From Mustelus asterias (Eukaryota), in contig NC_135804.1 of assembly GCF_964213995.1 (NCBI RefSeq), positions 112,468,001 through 112,532,000 of the forward strand: a stretch of 64,000 bases of DNA. The letters are read 5' to 3'. The notes beneath the pieces are model-generated. The model worked only from the letters and a program-made list of their open reading frames with translations, was not told the DNA's origin and searched no databases. Positions 49,736-61,705 of the stretch are shown here, piece by piece. The translations under genes and the position numbers were made by a program. Every line of letters starts with the position of its first letter. Position 1 is the stretch's first letter.

Positions 49736-50553
49736 TCTGAGGGATTGTCGCCTTGTCCCTGAATGCATCCAACAGTGATGCTGAGACAAAGAGTGATTCT
49801 CATTGTTCATGTCACTCTTTACTTTGTCAAATTATTTGAGAGCAGAATTCATCAAGGAAGACCTGCTCATCAAATACCCTTCCTGCCTGCAGGTTGAATA
49901 AACCATACCGTTAAAGAATCTAATTTCCTGAAACGACAGGAGAGATGTCTAGTCTAGCCCGTCAAAGTTTAGGTGGGGCTGTCACTTGGAAATCAGTGAT
50001 CCAGACGTTGCCATGATATTCTTGTCTCGTACTGTGAAGCCCACTCCTGGAAAGCTGATTTATTGTTCAGTTACGACTAGACAAAATTAATATCAAAGAA
50101 ACTGAGCACATCCAATAACACTGCTGTTAAAACATTCATCTGAATTTCTGAGTTAATGAGCCATGGGCATCAGTGTGTGCAGGTACTACCAGATGAAAAT
50201 ACATTGGTCAAAAAAGGTCAGTTCTCAATATTAAGTACAAAGGTCTTGCAAATGTGAAGCTTGCAATTTCTTTTAAATATCCTGCTTGGTAGTCTTCTTG
50301 CCTCGAATTATAAAATGCAGTTATCTGTTCCGTGTCTTCATTAATAATGTATGTAGATGCTGGCTTTCCAGTATTAACTAGGTAGTGAAGTTCTTTAGCT
50401 CTGTATGCTCTCTTCCCCGGGATGCCAGCTTGAAAACATCCTAGATTGATTGAAATAAAATAAAGAAAACTGGAAACGCTAGCATATCTATTCGCAGAAA
50501 GAGAAAATATTGTTTTATATGTAATCCACCATCAAATGGATTACCTCACTACT

Positions 50554-50845
50554 GGGTGGCATAGTGGTTAGCACTGCTGCCTCTCAGTGCCAGGAACCCG
50601 GGTTCAATTCCCAGCTTGGGTCACTGTCTGTGTGGAGTCTGTACGTTCTCCCTGTGTCTGCGTGGGTTTCCTCCGGGTGCTCCGGTTTCCTCCCACAGTC
50701 TGAAAGATGTGCTGGTTATTGACGATGCTAAATTCTCCCTCAGTGTACCCGAACAGATGCCGGAGTGTGGTGACGAGGGGATTTTCACAGTCACCTCATT
50801 GCAGTGTTAATGTAAGCCTACCTGTGACACGAATAAACTTTTAAA
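50554..50845 (+). mobile_element. HE1-head SINE, Rex1-like tail
   Basis: Family match; ACTACTGG on both flanks. Confidence 0.9.
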
Positions 50846-51599
50846 CTACTGGCTGCAAACCCAAGTCCAAAAGATAGAAGGGTCCTTCTAACTCTGAGGA
50901 TGGATCTTTCAATCCTTCCTGCTGGCTGGATCTTCCGGTCCTGCCAATGGTGACCCCCCTCCCCTCCCCCTCACTGCGGTGGGCACCCCATCCGGGCGGC
51001 CCATGAACAATGCAAAATGTCATAGACATCAGAAGGACTGGAAAATTCAATCACAGTCCAATGATGAGCTACCTCTGCTGCCAGAAAAATGCCATGGTGG
51101 GAGCGGTTGGTGGGGGTGGGGGGTTCCTGCTCCAAGGCTTTGACATGTATCCTTCCAGTGTTGCAGTGGGCAGTGGTTGTTCTTGCATTTCACACTCCAT
51201 TTGCAGTAGCTAATACTCTACAGGACATAGTTTATGTGCTGGGTATATAGCTGAGTCACACATGGTGCAACAACAAGTTAAAAGATGCAATAAAGGGCAA
51301 AGAAAGTCTAAGGGGGATGTTTTTAATTCAAAATACTCCCTCTTATTCAAAAAATATTTTACACAAATAGTACTAAGGTGGGATTTCATTAGTCCAATAG
51401 GAGTCTTGGCAACTGGTCAGAAAACCAGCAGGGCAATCCCTTTAGGACCACAGGAGAAGCCCAATAATATTAAGTGCCCTTCAGGCCAACCAAAAGCTGG
51501 CAGCTCCTTATTGTTGCTAGCACAACCTGTAGCGGTCGGAGCTACTGGCAGTGCAACCTTCAAAGGACCTGGATCTCTGAGGATCCCAGGTCAAAAGTG

Positions 51600-51995
51600 A
51601 GTAAGTGGATGAGGTGTCAATCAAGTGGGCTGCTTTGTCCTGGATGGTGTTAAGCTTCCTGAATTTAGTTGGAGCTGCATTCACCCAGGCAAGTGGAGAG
51701 TATTCCATCACATTCTAGACTTGTACCTTGTCGGTGGTGGACAGACTTCAGGGCATTATGAGGTGAGTTACTCACTAACATGATTCCTAGCCTCTGACCT
51801 GCTCTTGCAGCTACAGTATTTATATGGCTAGTCCCGTTCAGTTTCTGGTCAATGGTAACTCTCAGAATGTTGATAGTAGGGGAAGCGATGGTAATGCGAT
51901 TGAACGTCAAGGGGCGATGGTCAGATTCTCTCTTGTTGAAGAATGTTATTGCCTGGTGCTCGTTGATGCAAATGTTACTTGCCACTTGTCAGCGC
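51600..51995 (-). mobile_element. L2-type RT C-terminal fragment
   Basis: INILRVTIDQKLN..HINTVAARAGQRLG and MEYSPLAWVNAAPT. Confidence 0.8.
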
Positions 51996-52559
51996 AACTT
52001 GATTAAATTAACTTGCAATATTACCACAAATCCTTTACAAGGGTTCACACTACCATTGTCTGCCTCCTATAATTGTAAGGTATTTTTGTCTTAATCTTGG
52101 CAGTCCTTGTAAATTTATTTTCACATTCCCCTTTTGCAGTTCTTACTTTATTTTTGTTGTTCTTTATATCTCTCCTAGTTCCGTGAATGTACATGTGTTC
52201 TTTCCTTTAGTTTCATGTTATCCCTCACCGCTTTTATTGCCTATGGCTGTTTTATTTCATAGAGCTCTTTCACCTTAGCAGCATGTATGAGTCCTGTGTT
52301 AAGCTAAATTATTTTTCACGAACACTTCCCACGTTTCATCGGTAATGTCGCCTGGGAACAGTTTTGACCAGCTTGCTGCCGTCAGTCTCTGTCTCATCCA
52401 GTTAGAGTTAGCCTTTCCAAAATCTAGAAACGGAGTTAGCTTTCTCCTTTCCAAATTTAACATCCAATTTGATCACCTTTATGATGACTGTTGGATGTTT
52501 TCTTTCCCTTAGAATATCCCCAAAACTGTTTCATAGACATAGATACATAGGCATATAAA

Positions 52560-53980
52560 TAAATAAAGATGGCAAGAAGAGTGTGGCTGATTGGAGACAA
52601 AATGGGGGAACAATATGTGGAAACAGAGGGCCCAATTTTACCATCAAGTTGCGCCCGTTTTCAGGTGCAAAAATTTGATAAAGTCGGGCATGAGGTGAAT
52701 AGCGCGAACCGCGCCCACCTCCACCCCAGTTCCTCTTTTACCAAGGCCTAAAAATGGCCGCGATCGGGACCGCACCTGAAATGGGCATGACGGCCATTTG
52801 AATGCATTTGAATGCATTTAAATTGATTTAATGAGCTGCACGCCCAACCTTACCGGCACTTCCCCCTTTACCACCGCGTTCGCCCATCCAGAATCGGCGT
52901 GAAACAGGCATGCTCCACAAAAGTTTGATTCTGGTGCTCCAGTTAGTGAGGAGGTAGGTGCCGAGCATCCGACAGCTCTCTGCTTGAAATCAGTGGCAGG
53001 GCGGAGGGGGGGAGGTGGGTCTGACGGCTCTCTGCTTGAGATCGGTGGGGGGGAAGGGGGGTCCGCTGCCACTCTGCTTGAGATCAGTGAGGGGGAAGGG
53101 GGGAGGGGGGCTGCGGTTGGTCTGGGTGGCAGAGGGGGTGGGGGGATAAGGGGGTCAGTAATGTTGTGGGGGTGGGGCAACATTGTGGGGGACAGGGGGA
53201 GGCGTTATTCGGCCCGGGAGCGATGTGGCAGGGGAGCCGCATTCTATCTTTTTATTTCAGCGTATGCGCAGTTGAAGGCGCCGATCGGAGCTGTAAAGTT
53301 TCGGGCGGGTTAAGCCACGTCCACAAGCTTGTACAGCGCAATTCGGAATCGCTGATATTTTTTCAGGCAGAGTGCATATGGGGGTGCCTGAGAAAGGGTC
53401 TAAAAGTTGGATCTGAAACACTCCCAATTTCAAGTCCGCCCAGCACTTAGAATCAAAATGGTAAAATAGGCCCAGAGGGTATGGCTGAGGTACTAAATTA
53501 ATACTTTGCAGTTATCTTTACCAAGGAAGAAGATGTTGCCAAGGTCATAGTGAAAGAAGAAGTAGTTGAAACACTGGATGGGCTAAAAATTGATAGAGGG
53601 GTATTAGGTAGACTGGTGTTCTTGATAAGTCACCAGGATGGGATGCATCTAATTAAACTGAGAGAAGTAAGGGTGGAAATTGCAGAGGCATTGGCCATAA
53701 TCCTCAGATCCAGGATTGTTTTGTAGGACCGGTGAATTGTAAATATTACACTCATGTTCAAAAATAGGCCGAAGGATAAACTATTGGCCAGTCAGCAGTG
53801 GGAAGGCTTTTAGAAATGGTAATCCACATTGACATGAACTGTCATTTGGGTAGATGGGATCAATTAAGGAAAGCCAGCATGATTTTGTGAAGGGAAAACT
53901 GCCTTTAATTAACTTGATTGAAATTTGTGATGAGATAACAGAGGATTGATGAGGGTAATATGGTTGATGTGGTGTACATG
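52560..53980 (+). mobile_element. CR1 ORF2 fragment split by a DNA transposon
   Basis: GEQYVET|EGMAEVLN*YF rejoins across 52628-53473; later KSPG..MHL and SQHDFVKGK remnants. Confidence 0.8.
52628..53473. mobile_element. PIF/Harbinger-like non-autonomous element
   Basis: TIRs GGGCCCAATTTTACCAT / ATGGTAAAATAGGCCC; TSD AGA; clean insertion into CR1. Confidence 0.88.
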
Positions 53981-53981
53981 G

Positions 53982-54264
53982 ACAGTGGTTAGCACTGCTG
54001 CCTCACAGCAGCGGGGACCCGGCTTGGGTCACTGTCCGTGCGGAGTCTGCACATTCTCCCTGTGTCTGTGTGGGTTTCCTCCGGGAGCTCCGGTTTCCTC
54101 CCACAGTCCAAATGATTTGCTGGTTAGGTGCATTGGCCCATGCTAAATTCTCCCTCAGTGTACCCAAACAGGCGCCAGAGTGTGACGACTAGGGGATTTT
54201 CACAATAGCTACATTTCATTGTTAATGTAAACCAACTTGTGACACTAATAAATAAACTTTAAAC
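53982..54264 (+). mobile_element. HE1-head SINE, Rex1-like tail
   Basis: Family match. Confidence 0.88.
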
Positions 54265-55101
54265 TGTGCATAATGAGATTAAAAGCGGTGAAAATCTGCT
54301 TTGCACTATCAATGACCTGGAAAATACAGTTGCTGTCACACTGCCTGAGGTGTTTGCTGAAATGCAAATTATTTGCCCTAAGAAAGTTGGCAACTAATTT
54401 TTATTGGCCAACATTGACACAAGGGCAAGTGCCAACATATAACCTCTGTGAATTCTAAAAGACATATCCACAGACATGGAAGGCCATGGCGAAACTGACA
54501 ACTGTGAAACTTTCAGTATACAACAGTTCAGTAATTCCATGTGCAGGGTTCATTGTCAAGGAGATCCAGAGTGCAAGTGTGGACAACCTTCCTGGATATC
54601 ATAGACTAAATGCCCAACGATTATTGGTCTGCTGGCATTCAATGACTTGGTATTAGTAACGGTCCATGGAATTAGTCGAACATTACAAGGCAGATCTGAA
54701 CCTACTCCTAACATCTCAGCTCATGACCTAACATCGAAATACCCAGAACATTTCAACAAAACTGGCAGTTTCAAGGGAGCTGCAATATTATACTTGCAGG
54801 AGAATGCAAGTCTATTAATTGATACATTATGCACAACCTAAATGCCCGAAGATACAAGAAGAAACAGTGAAAGATTCTACAGTGAAACTGTGGGAAGCAG
54901 TGAAAGATGGCCTGATTCGAGTCACCATATCCATAAACATGCAAGATTTTGACCTTACAAGGACAAGATAGGCATCTCCTGGAGAATCATTTTTAAAAGC
55001 AGGGAGGTCATCATACTGGAATCTTTGTGACCTTTTATCCTTCACCAACTTTATCACTCTCACTTGGGCATACATCAGATGAGAAGCCTTGTGAGAGACA
55101 T

Positions 55102-55225
55102 TGGCCAGACCTCTACCACCTCGCCCACCACAGAATCGGAGCGGGCGCGGATCCAACAATGGAAATCTCCATGACCTCAGGCGGGAATTTCTGGTCTTGC
55201 TTGAATGAGGCCGTAAAGTCCCGCC
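55102..55225. mobile_element. Small Harbinger-type MITE in Gypsy integrase
   Basis: Imperfect TIRs GGCCAGACCTCTAC / GTAAAGTCCCGCC with CAT duplicated. Removal restores R-D-I-V-Y. Confidence 0.7.
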
Positions 55226-55570
55226 CATAGTATATCGACCGAGTATGAATAGTGACATTGAAATTGATGTCAAGTGCAAGGCTTGTCAAGAGCATTTGCT
55301 AAGTCAGCACAAAGAACCATTGATTCCACATGAGGTTCCTATCATCGCATCCAACCTCTTTCATGTGAATGTCACTAATGTCATTGTCATCATGGACTAC
55401 TGTACCAAGTACCCCATTACTCAACAAGTGCACAACTGTCACGCATGCTCTACATGCTATTTTCAGCTTATTTGGTGTGCCTAAAGAGATCATTATGGAT
55501 AACAATTCACAATTTATTAAGCTAGTGTGGGATATGTGAGAGAGGTTGAAAATTGACAACTCCATTTTTT

Positions 55571-55887
55571 CATAGAATTCTTACAGTGCAGAAGGAGGCC
55601 ATTTAGCCCATCAAGTTTACACCAACTCTCTGACAGAGCATCTTACCTAGCCCCCACCCCCCCACCATTTACTTTCCCCCCCTGCCATAACCCCAAAACC
55701 CCATGCATTTACCATGGTTAATCCAACTAATTTGCACATCTTTCGACTGTGGGAGGAAACCAGAGCACCCAGAGGAAACCCATGCAGACAAGAGGAGAAC
55801 GTGCAAGTTCCACACAGTCACCTAAGATCCAGAATCGAACCTGAGTCCCGAGCACTGTGAGGCAACAGTGCTGACCATTGTGCCATT
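55571..55887 (-). mobile_element. HE1 SINE with CR1-like tail, nested in Gypsy integrase
   Basis: Family match. Confidence 0.88.
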
Positions 55888-56125
55888 CTTTTTATCCTAG
55901 ATCTAACAGCCTAGCTGAACGAATTATTTACACAGTGAAATCCCTCATTCTCAAATGTAGAAAGAACAAGTAAAATCTACACATTGTAATGTTACATCTG
56001 GAAGTGACACCTTTAAGATTCAGTAATGTCAACGAGGGATGAGATGTTGCCTGAGTGAGATTGGGACTGAATGAGTATATTTGAGGATTTAGTTCAAAGT
56101 GGGAATTCGGTGTATAGGGAGAAAG

Positions 56126-56742
56126 ACATCTCACAACACCAGGTTAAAGTCCAACAGTTTTATTTGGTGGCACGAGCGCTTTCGGAGCGCTGCTCCATCA
56201 TCAGGTGAGTGGAGAGTTGGGTTCACAAACAGAGCATACATAGATACAGACTTAATTGCAAGATAATGGTTGGAAAGCGAGTTTTAATAGGTGATCAAGT
56301 CTTTACAGGTACAGACAATGCGAGTGGAGAGAGGGATAATCACAGGTTAAAGAGGTGTGAATTGTCTCAAGCCAGGACAGTTAGTTGGATTTTGCAAGCC
56401 CAAGCCAAATGGTGGGGGTTACACGTCGTGTGACATGAACATGAACATGCAGAATCGCCGAGCAGAAGCTGATAGCCAGGTTCTGCACACATGAGGATGG
56501 CCTCAACTTGGGGTTCATGTCACACTACGTGTAACCCCTACCTTGTTTCTGCGGCTTTGACTCATCTTTCATTCCCTCACCCTGCAGTATAAATATCTCC
56601 CACTTGCTATGCCTTTTAGCTTTGACAAAGGGCATCAGGACTCGAAATGTCAGCTCTTTTCTCTTTTTATAGATACTGAGATTTTCCAGCATTTTTTCTC
56701 TTTTGGTTTCAGATTCCAGCATCCGCAGTCATTTGCTTTTAT
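56126..56742. mobile_element. Penelope-like insertion: inverted terminal part plus GIY-YIG C-terminus and 3' end
   Basis: RIAEQKLIARFCTHEDGLN remnant at ~56450-56534; hammerhead motifs at 56171-56207 (-) and 56618-56655 (+). Confidence 0.85.
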
Positions 56743-57244
56743 GCTGAGTAGGGAGTTCGGGGAAGGGTGGGAAGGAGGTGTTATTTTCTTCTACTCTTCT
56801 CCAGCCTCCAGTATTTGATTTTCATTTTGGTGCAGCAGAAGCAGCAGGTAAATCACAGAGCAGGCGAGGTGCTGAATGTGGAAGTTTCTGGACATCAGCG
56901 ATCCAGGGCAAACACACCTGCAATAAGTGTGGCTGCAGGAACTTCAGTTCAATGAGGTTGAGCTGGATGCTGAGCTGCAACCACTGCAGCACATCAGGGT
57001 TGGGCAACATTACACGGACACTTTATTCCAAAAGGCAGTCACACGCCTTAGGATGAGGTTTTCTGAGTTGGTTAGTGGTCAGTGGCAGGACAATATGACT
57101 GCAAGTGAGGCCAGTAAGGGGATCCAGACGGCAGGAGTACAGGAGTGGTCAGTCTTTGGAATTGTCCAACAGGTTTTAGCTTGCTTGGATGAGAATGGAG
57201 GCTGCAGGATCGATGAGCTAATTGGCCATGGCACCATACAGGAA

Positions 57245-57725
57245 TGATGTGGAGATGCCGTGCTTGGGTGATGTTCGGGGCTGTCTTGTGAGTGCGGCTA
57301 ATTCGGGTAAGCGTTCTCCAAGGCGGCCTTCGCGACACACGATGGCGCAGAGTCGCTGAGCAGAAACTGATAGCCAAGTTCTGCACACACGAGGACGGCC
57401 TCAACTGGGATATTGGGTTCATGTCCCACTATTTGTAACCCCCACAGAGTTTCACTGGCTGTCTTGTCTGGAGACAATACACATCTTTTTAGCCTGTCTT
57501 GATGCTCTCTCCACTCATGTTGTTTTGTTTCTTAAAGACTTGATTAGTTGTAAGTATTCGCATTCCAACCATTATTCATGTAAATTGAGTTTGTGTCGTT
57601 ATATGCTCTGTTTGTGAACAGAATTCCCACTCACCTGAAGAAGGGGCTGGCAGCTCCGAAAGCTTGTGTGGCTTTTGCTACCAAATAAACCTGTTGGACT
57701 TTAACCTGGTGTTGTTAAACTTCTT
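57245..57725 (+). mobile_element. Penelope-like insertion with 12-bp TSD
   Basis: TSD ACCATACAGGAA at 57233-57244 and 57726-57737; endonuclease tail RRVAEQKLIAKFCTHEDGLNWDIGFMSHYL*. Confidence 0.92.
57632..57668 (+). ncRNA. Minimal type I hammerhead ribozyme motif with intact core
   Basis: CAC CTGAAGA A GGGGCT GGC AGCTCC GAAA GCTT GTG: stem I CAC/GTG, 6-bp stem II, palindromic AAGCTT stem III. Confidence 0.7.
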
Positions 57726-58343
57726 ACCATACAGGAAGCCATTCAAGCTGGGGGAGTAACAAGGAATGTAGTGGTAACAGGGAACAGTGCAGTCAGAGGG
57801 ATTGACACTGTTCTGTGCAGCAGAGTCCAAACAGCCATGTTGCTTACCTGATACCAGAGTTCAGGACATCCGCTCAGGGCTGGAGAGGAACATGCGGTGG
57901 GAGGGAGAGGACCCAACCATCATGTTTATGTACATAGCAATGACATGGGCAGGACAAAGGACATTTACATTGTCAATATGAAGAGCTTGGTACCAAATTT
58001 AGCAGAATTTCAAAGGTCATAATTTCTTGGTTATTGCCTGAGCCACATGCAGATTGGTATAGGCCCTATCAGATTATGGAAATGAATGCATGCCTCAAAG
58101 ACTGGTTTGGGAGAAGTGGGTTCCAGTTCATGGGCACTGGCACACCAGTACTGAGGAAGGTGGAGCTGTACCGCTGGGACAGTGCCCACCTGAACTGTCC
58201 TGGGACTGGTGTTCTCACGAGCCACATAAATAGAGAACTGGATCAATTTTAAAACTTTTGGAAGATGTGGTAAATCAAACATAAAGACCAGGCAAAAGAG
58301 AAAGGTATTTATACAAGAAATGAAAAACAGGCCGTAACAGCAA

Positions 58344-58560
58344 TGATGTGGAGGTGCTGGTGTTGTACTGGGGTAAGCACAGTAAGAAGTCTCACAACAC
58401 CAGGTTAAAGTCCAACAGGTTTGATAGGTCCAACAGGATTATTTGGAATCACAAGCTTTCGGAGTGCTGCTCCACTCATCTGAGGAAGGAGCAGCGCTCC
58501 AAAAGCTCGTGATTCCAACTAAACCTGTTGGACTTTAACCTGGTGTTGAGAGACTCCTTA
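58344..58560. mobile_element. Palindromic Penelope-derived mini-element
   Basis: Same architecture as 30141; degenerate 12-bp TSD CCGTAACAGCAA / CCGAAACAGGAA. Confidence 0.85.
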
Positions 58561-58639
58561 CCGAAACAGGAAAGGATAGAGAATAGAAATCTAACAGTAA
58601 ACCAACCGAGGAGACTAGAGGTTATAAAAATAATAAAAT

Positions 58640-58965
58640 AATAAAACTAAAGGCCCTGCATCTTAATGCACAAATCATTTGAAACAATAACAGATGAACC
58701 AAGAGCACACATAGAAATAAATGAGTTTGATTTGATAGCCATTAATGAGACATGGCTGCAGGAAAACATGGATTGGATCAAAGTATTGAAAATTACAGGG
58801 TATTTATGAAGGACAGGAGTGAGGAAAATGTGGAGGGGTGGTTGGATGTTAAAGCTCTGGTTAATGATGGTATTATCACGTTAGAGAGGGATGACCTAAG
58901 TTCAGGACACCAGGATGTGGAACATTTTGGGTAGAGATGAGAAATGATTGATTCCCTAACCACTG
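58640..58965 (+). mobile_element. CR1 ORF2 endonuclease N-terminus remnant
   Basis: LKALHLNAQII..IEINEFDLIAINETWLQ..YRVFMKDR. Confidence 0.8.
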
Positions 58966-59494
58966 TCAAAGAGGCGGATAGAACAGAAGGGAGGTTAGTG
59001 AGGTTTGCCCAATAAGTATGCACAAAGTACAGTGAAGATGCGGTGAAGGAAGAAGGAGTAAGAGTAGTGAAGAATGAAGGGAATGGATCTTGCTGAGAGG
59101 AAGGGCCAACTCCCAAAATATTTGGTGCCAACAGGAATCTTTAGGCCCAGCTTTTGAAAACAAGCGCTTTCAGACTAGTTAAAATCTTCAGTGGAAGCAC
59201 AGCAGTCCATTATAAGCCACATTAAACAGAGGAGTCCCACACTGACAATCTGATACCACCCATGGGGAAAGCAGTGAGAGTAAGTACTCGAATAGGCAAG
59301 TAAACACAAGAATCGAACAATGATCGAAAGAATAAGCATCAAGGGAGAAGAGGGTAATTTGCTCATTTCTGTTTTTGAACAATAAATATCATCCATTGTG
59401 CAGTATTATATTGATTGATGAAGCTGATTTCAGAAATGTGTTCCAAGAATAATGTTACTAAGGAACAAATAAAATGGGCTTGATCATACTATGG

Positions 59495-60270
59495 ACTATA
59501 AAATCAGAGAATAATATTGCAGGGAAAAAGGCCATCTGACCCAATGTGCTAAAACATGGCTCTCTGATAGAACAATCCAATGCCAGTCTCCTCAAGCTCC
59601 ATAAATATTTCTGCTTTAAGTATTTATCTAATTCTCTTTTGCAAATCAATATTGACTTTGCTTCCAGCATCCTTCTTGGCAGGACATTCCAGCTCACAAC
59701 AGCATACTGTCTAAACAAAGTTTCCTCACGTCACCTCTGGTTCTGATCGTATGGCACAGTGGGTAGTACCCCCACCTTTGAGCCAGAAGGTCCGGGTTTG
59801 ATTCCCACCCAAGGACTTGATAACCATAACGCTGTCAGACAGGGGTTGAGTGTTAACCAGCAAATCCTTCAAAACAGGCCAATGGCTGGCAGTAAGGGCA
59901 GGAGAGACTCCTGGTCAGCCACACTTGTGGTGGAGTGGTGCCCCTCAAAAGCTATAAGCCCTGGTGACAGACTAGCGACCTGTTCCAAAAATTACTAGCT
60001 ATGGAAGCAGACGAAGCTCTGCCTTAGTGTAGCATGAGATGTGAAAAGAGAATTGGATTGGAGCCTCTGGTTCTATTGATAATCATCTTTAAATCTGTCT
60101 CCTCTGTTTATGAGCTCTTCCGCCACTGCAAAATGTTTCTCCTTATTTACTCGATGAAAACCCTTCCTGATTTTGAACTCCTATCATATTTTCCCTCAAT
60201 CTTCTCTGCTCTAACCTTTTCTAATCTCTCTATGTCACTAGAGTTCATCAACCTTGATACCATTCTTGCC
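59495..60270 (-). mobile_element. Old CR1 3' fragment interrupted by a SINE
   Basis: WNVLPRRMLEAKS..KRELDKYLK and GGGTCAGATGGCCTT tail; resumes at ~60060. Confidence 0.7.
59745..60058 (+). mobile_element. tRNA-headed SINE of a different family
   Basis: A-box TGGCACAGTGG and B-box GGTTTGATTCC; body unlike the other SINEs here; interrupts CR1 between CCTCTGGTTCT repeats. Confidence 0.65.
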
Positions 60271-60284
60271 TCATCTAAGATTTG

Positions 60285-60525
60285 GACACCCGTCCAAAAG
60301 ATTTCATGGTAGTATTACAAAGAAGAGACCGAGATATCCTCAGTGTCCTGGCCAATATTCACCCCCAATAAACAACACAAAAACAGATTATCTAGTCATT
60401 ATCACATTGCTACTTGAGAGGGTTTGGCTGCTGTGTTTCCTGCATTACACCACTGACTACATTTCTAAAGTACTCAATTGGCTCTCAAGTATTTTGAGAC
60501 TTCATGAAAAGAACTATGTATATTT
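60285..60525 (+). mobile_element. DeuSINE 3' half remnant
   Basis: GTGTCCTGGCCAATATT..AAAACAGATTATCT.GTCATTATCACATTGCT..TTGGCTGCTGTGTTTCCT.CATTACA. Confidence 0.7.
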
Positions 60526-61258
60526 TTTAATTCATTCAAGGGATGTGGGCTTCGCTGGCCTGGCCAGCATTTTTTGCTAATCTCTAATTGCACTTCAGAA
60601 GGTGGTCGTGAGCTGCCTTCTTGAACCACTGCAGTCCCTATGGTGTAGGTACATCCTAAGTGCTGTTAGGGAGGGAGTTCCAGGATTTTGACCCACTGAC
60701 AGAGAAGGAACAGCAATCTATTTCCACGTCAAGATGGTGAATGGCTTGGAGGGGAACTTCCAGGGGGCAGTGTTCCTATGTGTTTGCTGTCCTTGTCCTT
60801 CATCAGTTTGGAAGGTGATGTCTAAGGAGCTTTGGCGAGTTCCTTCAGTGCATCTTGTAGATGGTACGCACAGCTGCGACTGTGCATCACTGGTGGGAGT
60901 GTTTCTGGAAGGGGTGCCAACCACCCATCACACTACTAACTTGTGCCTTGTAGATGGTGGATGTGCTTTGGGGAGTTATACGCCACTGGATTCCTAACCT
61001 CTGACCTGCTCTTGTAGCCACAGTATTTATATGGCAAGTCCAGTTGAGTTTCTGGTCAATAGCAAACCCCAGGATGTTGATAATTGGGGATTCAGTAATG
61101 ATATTGCCATTGAACATCAAGGGGTGATGGTTAGATTCTCTCTTGTTGAAGATAGTCATTGCCTGGCACTTGTGTGATGCAGATGTTATTTGCCACTTAT
61201 CAGCCCAAGCCTGGATAAGTCCAGGCCTTGCTGCATTTGGACATGGATTGCTCCAGTA
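60526..61258 (-). mobile_element. L2-type LINE 3' fragment
   Basis: INILGFAIDQKLNWTCHINTVATRAGQRLG and L2 tail. Confidence 0.85.
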
Positions 61259-61705
61259 TGATATGAGAAGGATAACTGGGTGGGAGGATGTGAAGGAACA
61301 AGGCTCAAAACGTATGGGATGAATTCAGGAATATTGGGTTAAAAATAACTCTTCAGTAAAACTTATAGCAGGCTACAATTTTTGCCGATGAACAAAGCTA
61401 GCTTGCAAACACAATATGGTCAATTCCCTTCACAATAATATGAAGCTGCTGATAAAAAAACACACACCTGAAAAGCAATATCCTGGGAATTCTGCTATGA
61501 CACAAGCACAAAAGCTACAATTCTGAATCTAATAAATAAAATCATAAAACAGATAAAAGAAATGCTAGCTCACAAGTTTTATTATTCTGCTGGACGCTGT
61601 ACCTTGATTAAACAGATTGACCTGTGTGACTGTTACTTACCCCCACCTTTCAAAAATAAATTCAATGTAGCAGGCAGAAGTTTCTCCGAATAATTCAAGG
61701 TGTTG

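Larger units (their letters stand above)
54300..56015 (+). mobile_element. Decayed Gypsy pol (protease, RT start, integrase)
   Basis: IDTRASANI, KLSVYNSSVIPCAG, KYPEHFNKTGSFKG, RDIVYRPSMNSDIE..CKACQ..EPLIPHEVP..MDYCTKYP, FGVPKEIIMDNNSQF and YPRSNSLAERIIYTVK. Confidence 0.85.
56880..58250 (+). mobile_element. CR1 ORF1 remnant (zinc finger/leucine zipper plus SGNH esterase)
   Basis: HTCNKC..ELDAELQPLQHIR, NVVVTGNSAVRGID and EMNACLKDWFGRSGFQF..LYRWDSAHLN. Confidence 0.8.

Noticed and set aside
59190-59285. Plus-strand AG...GTAAGT exon candidate
   Set aside because: Stop codons in all three frames.
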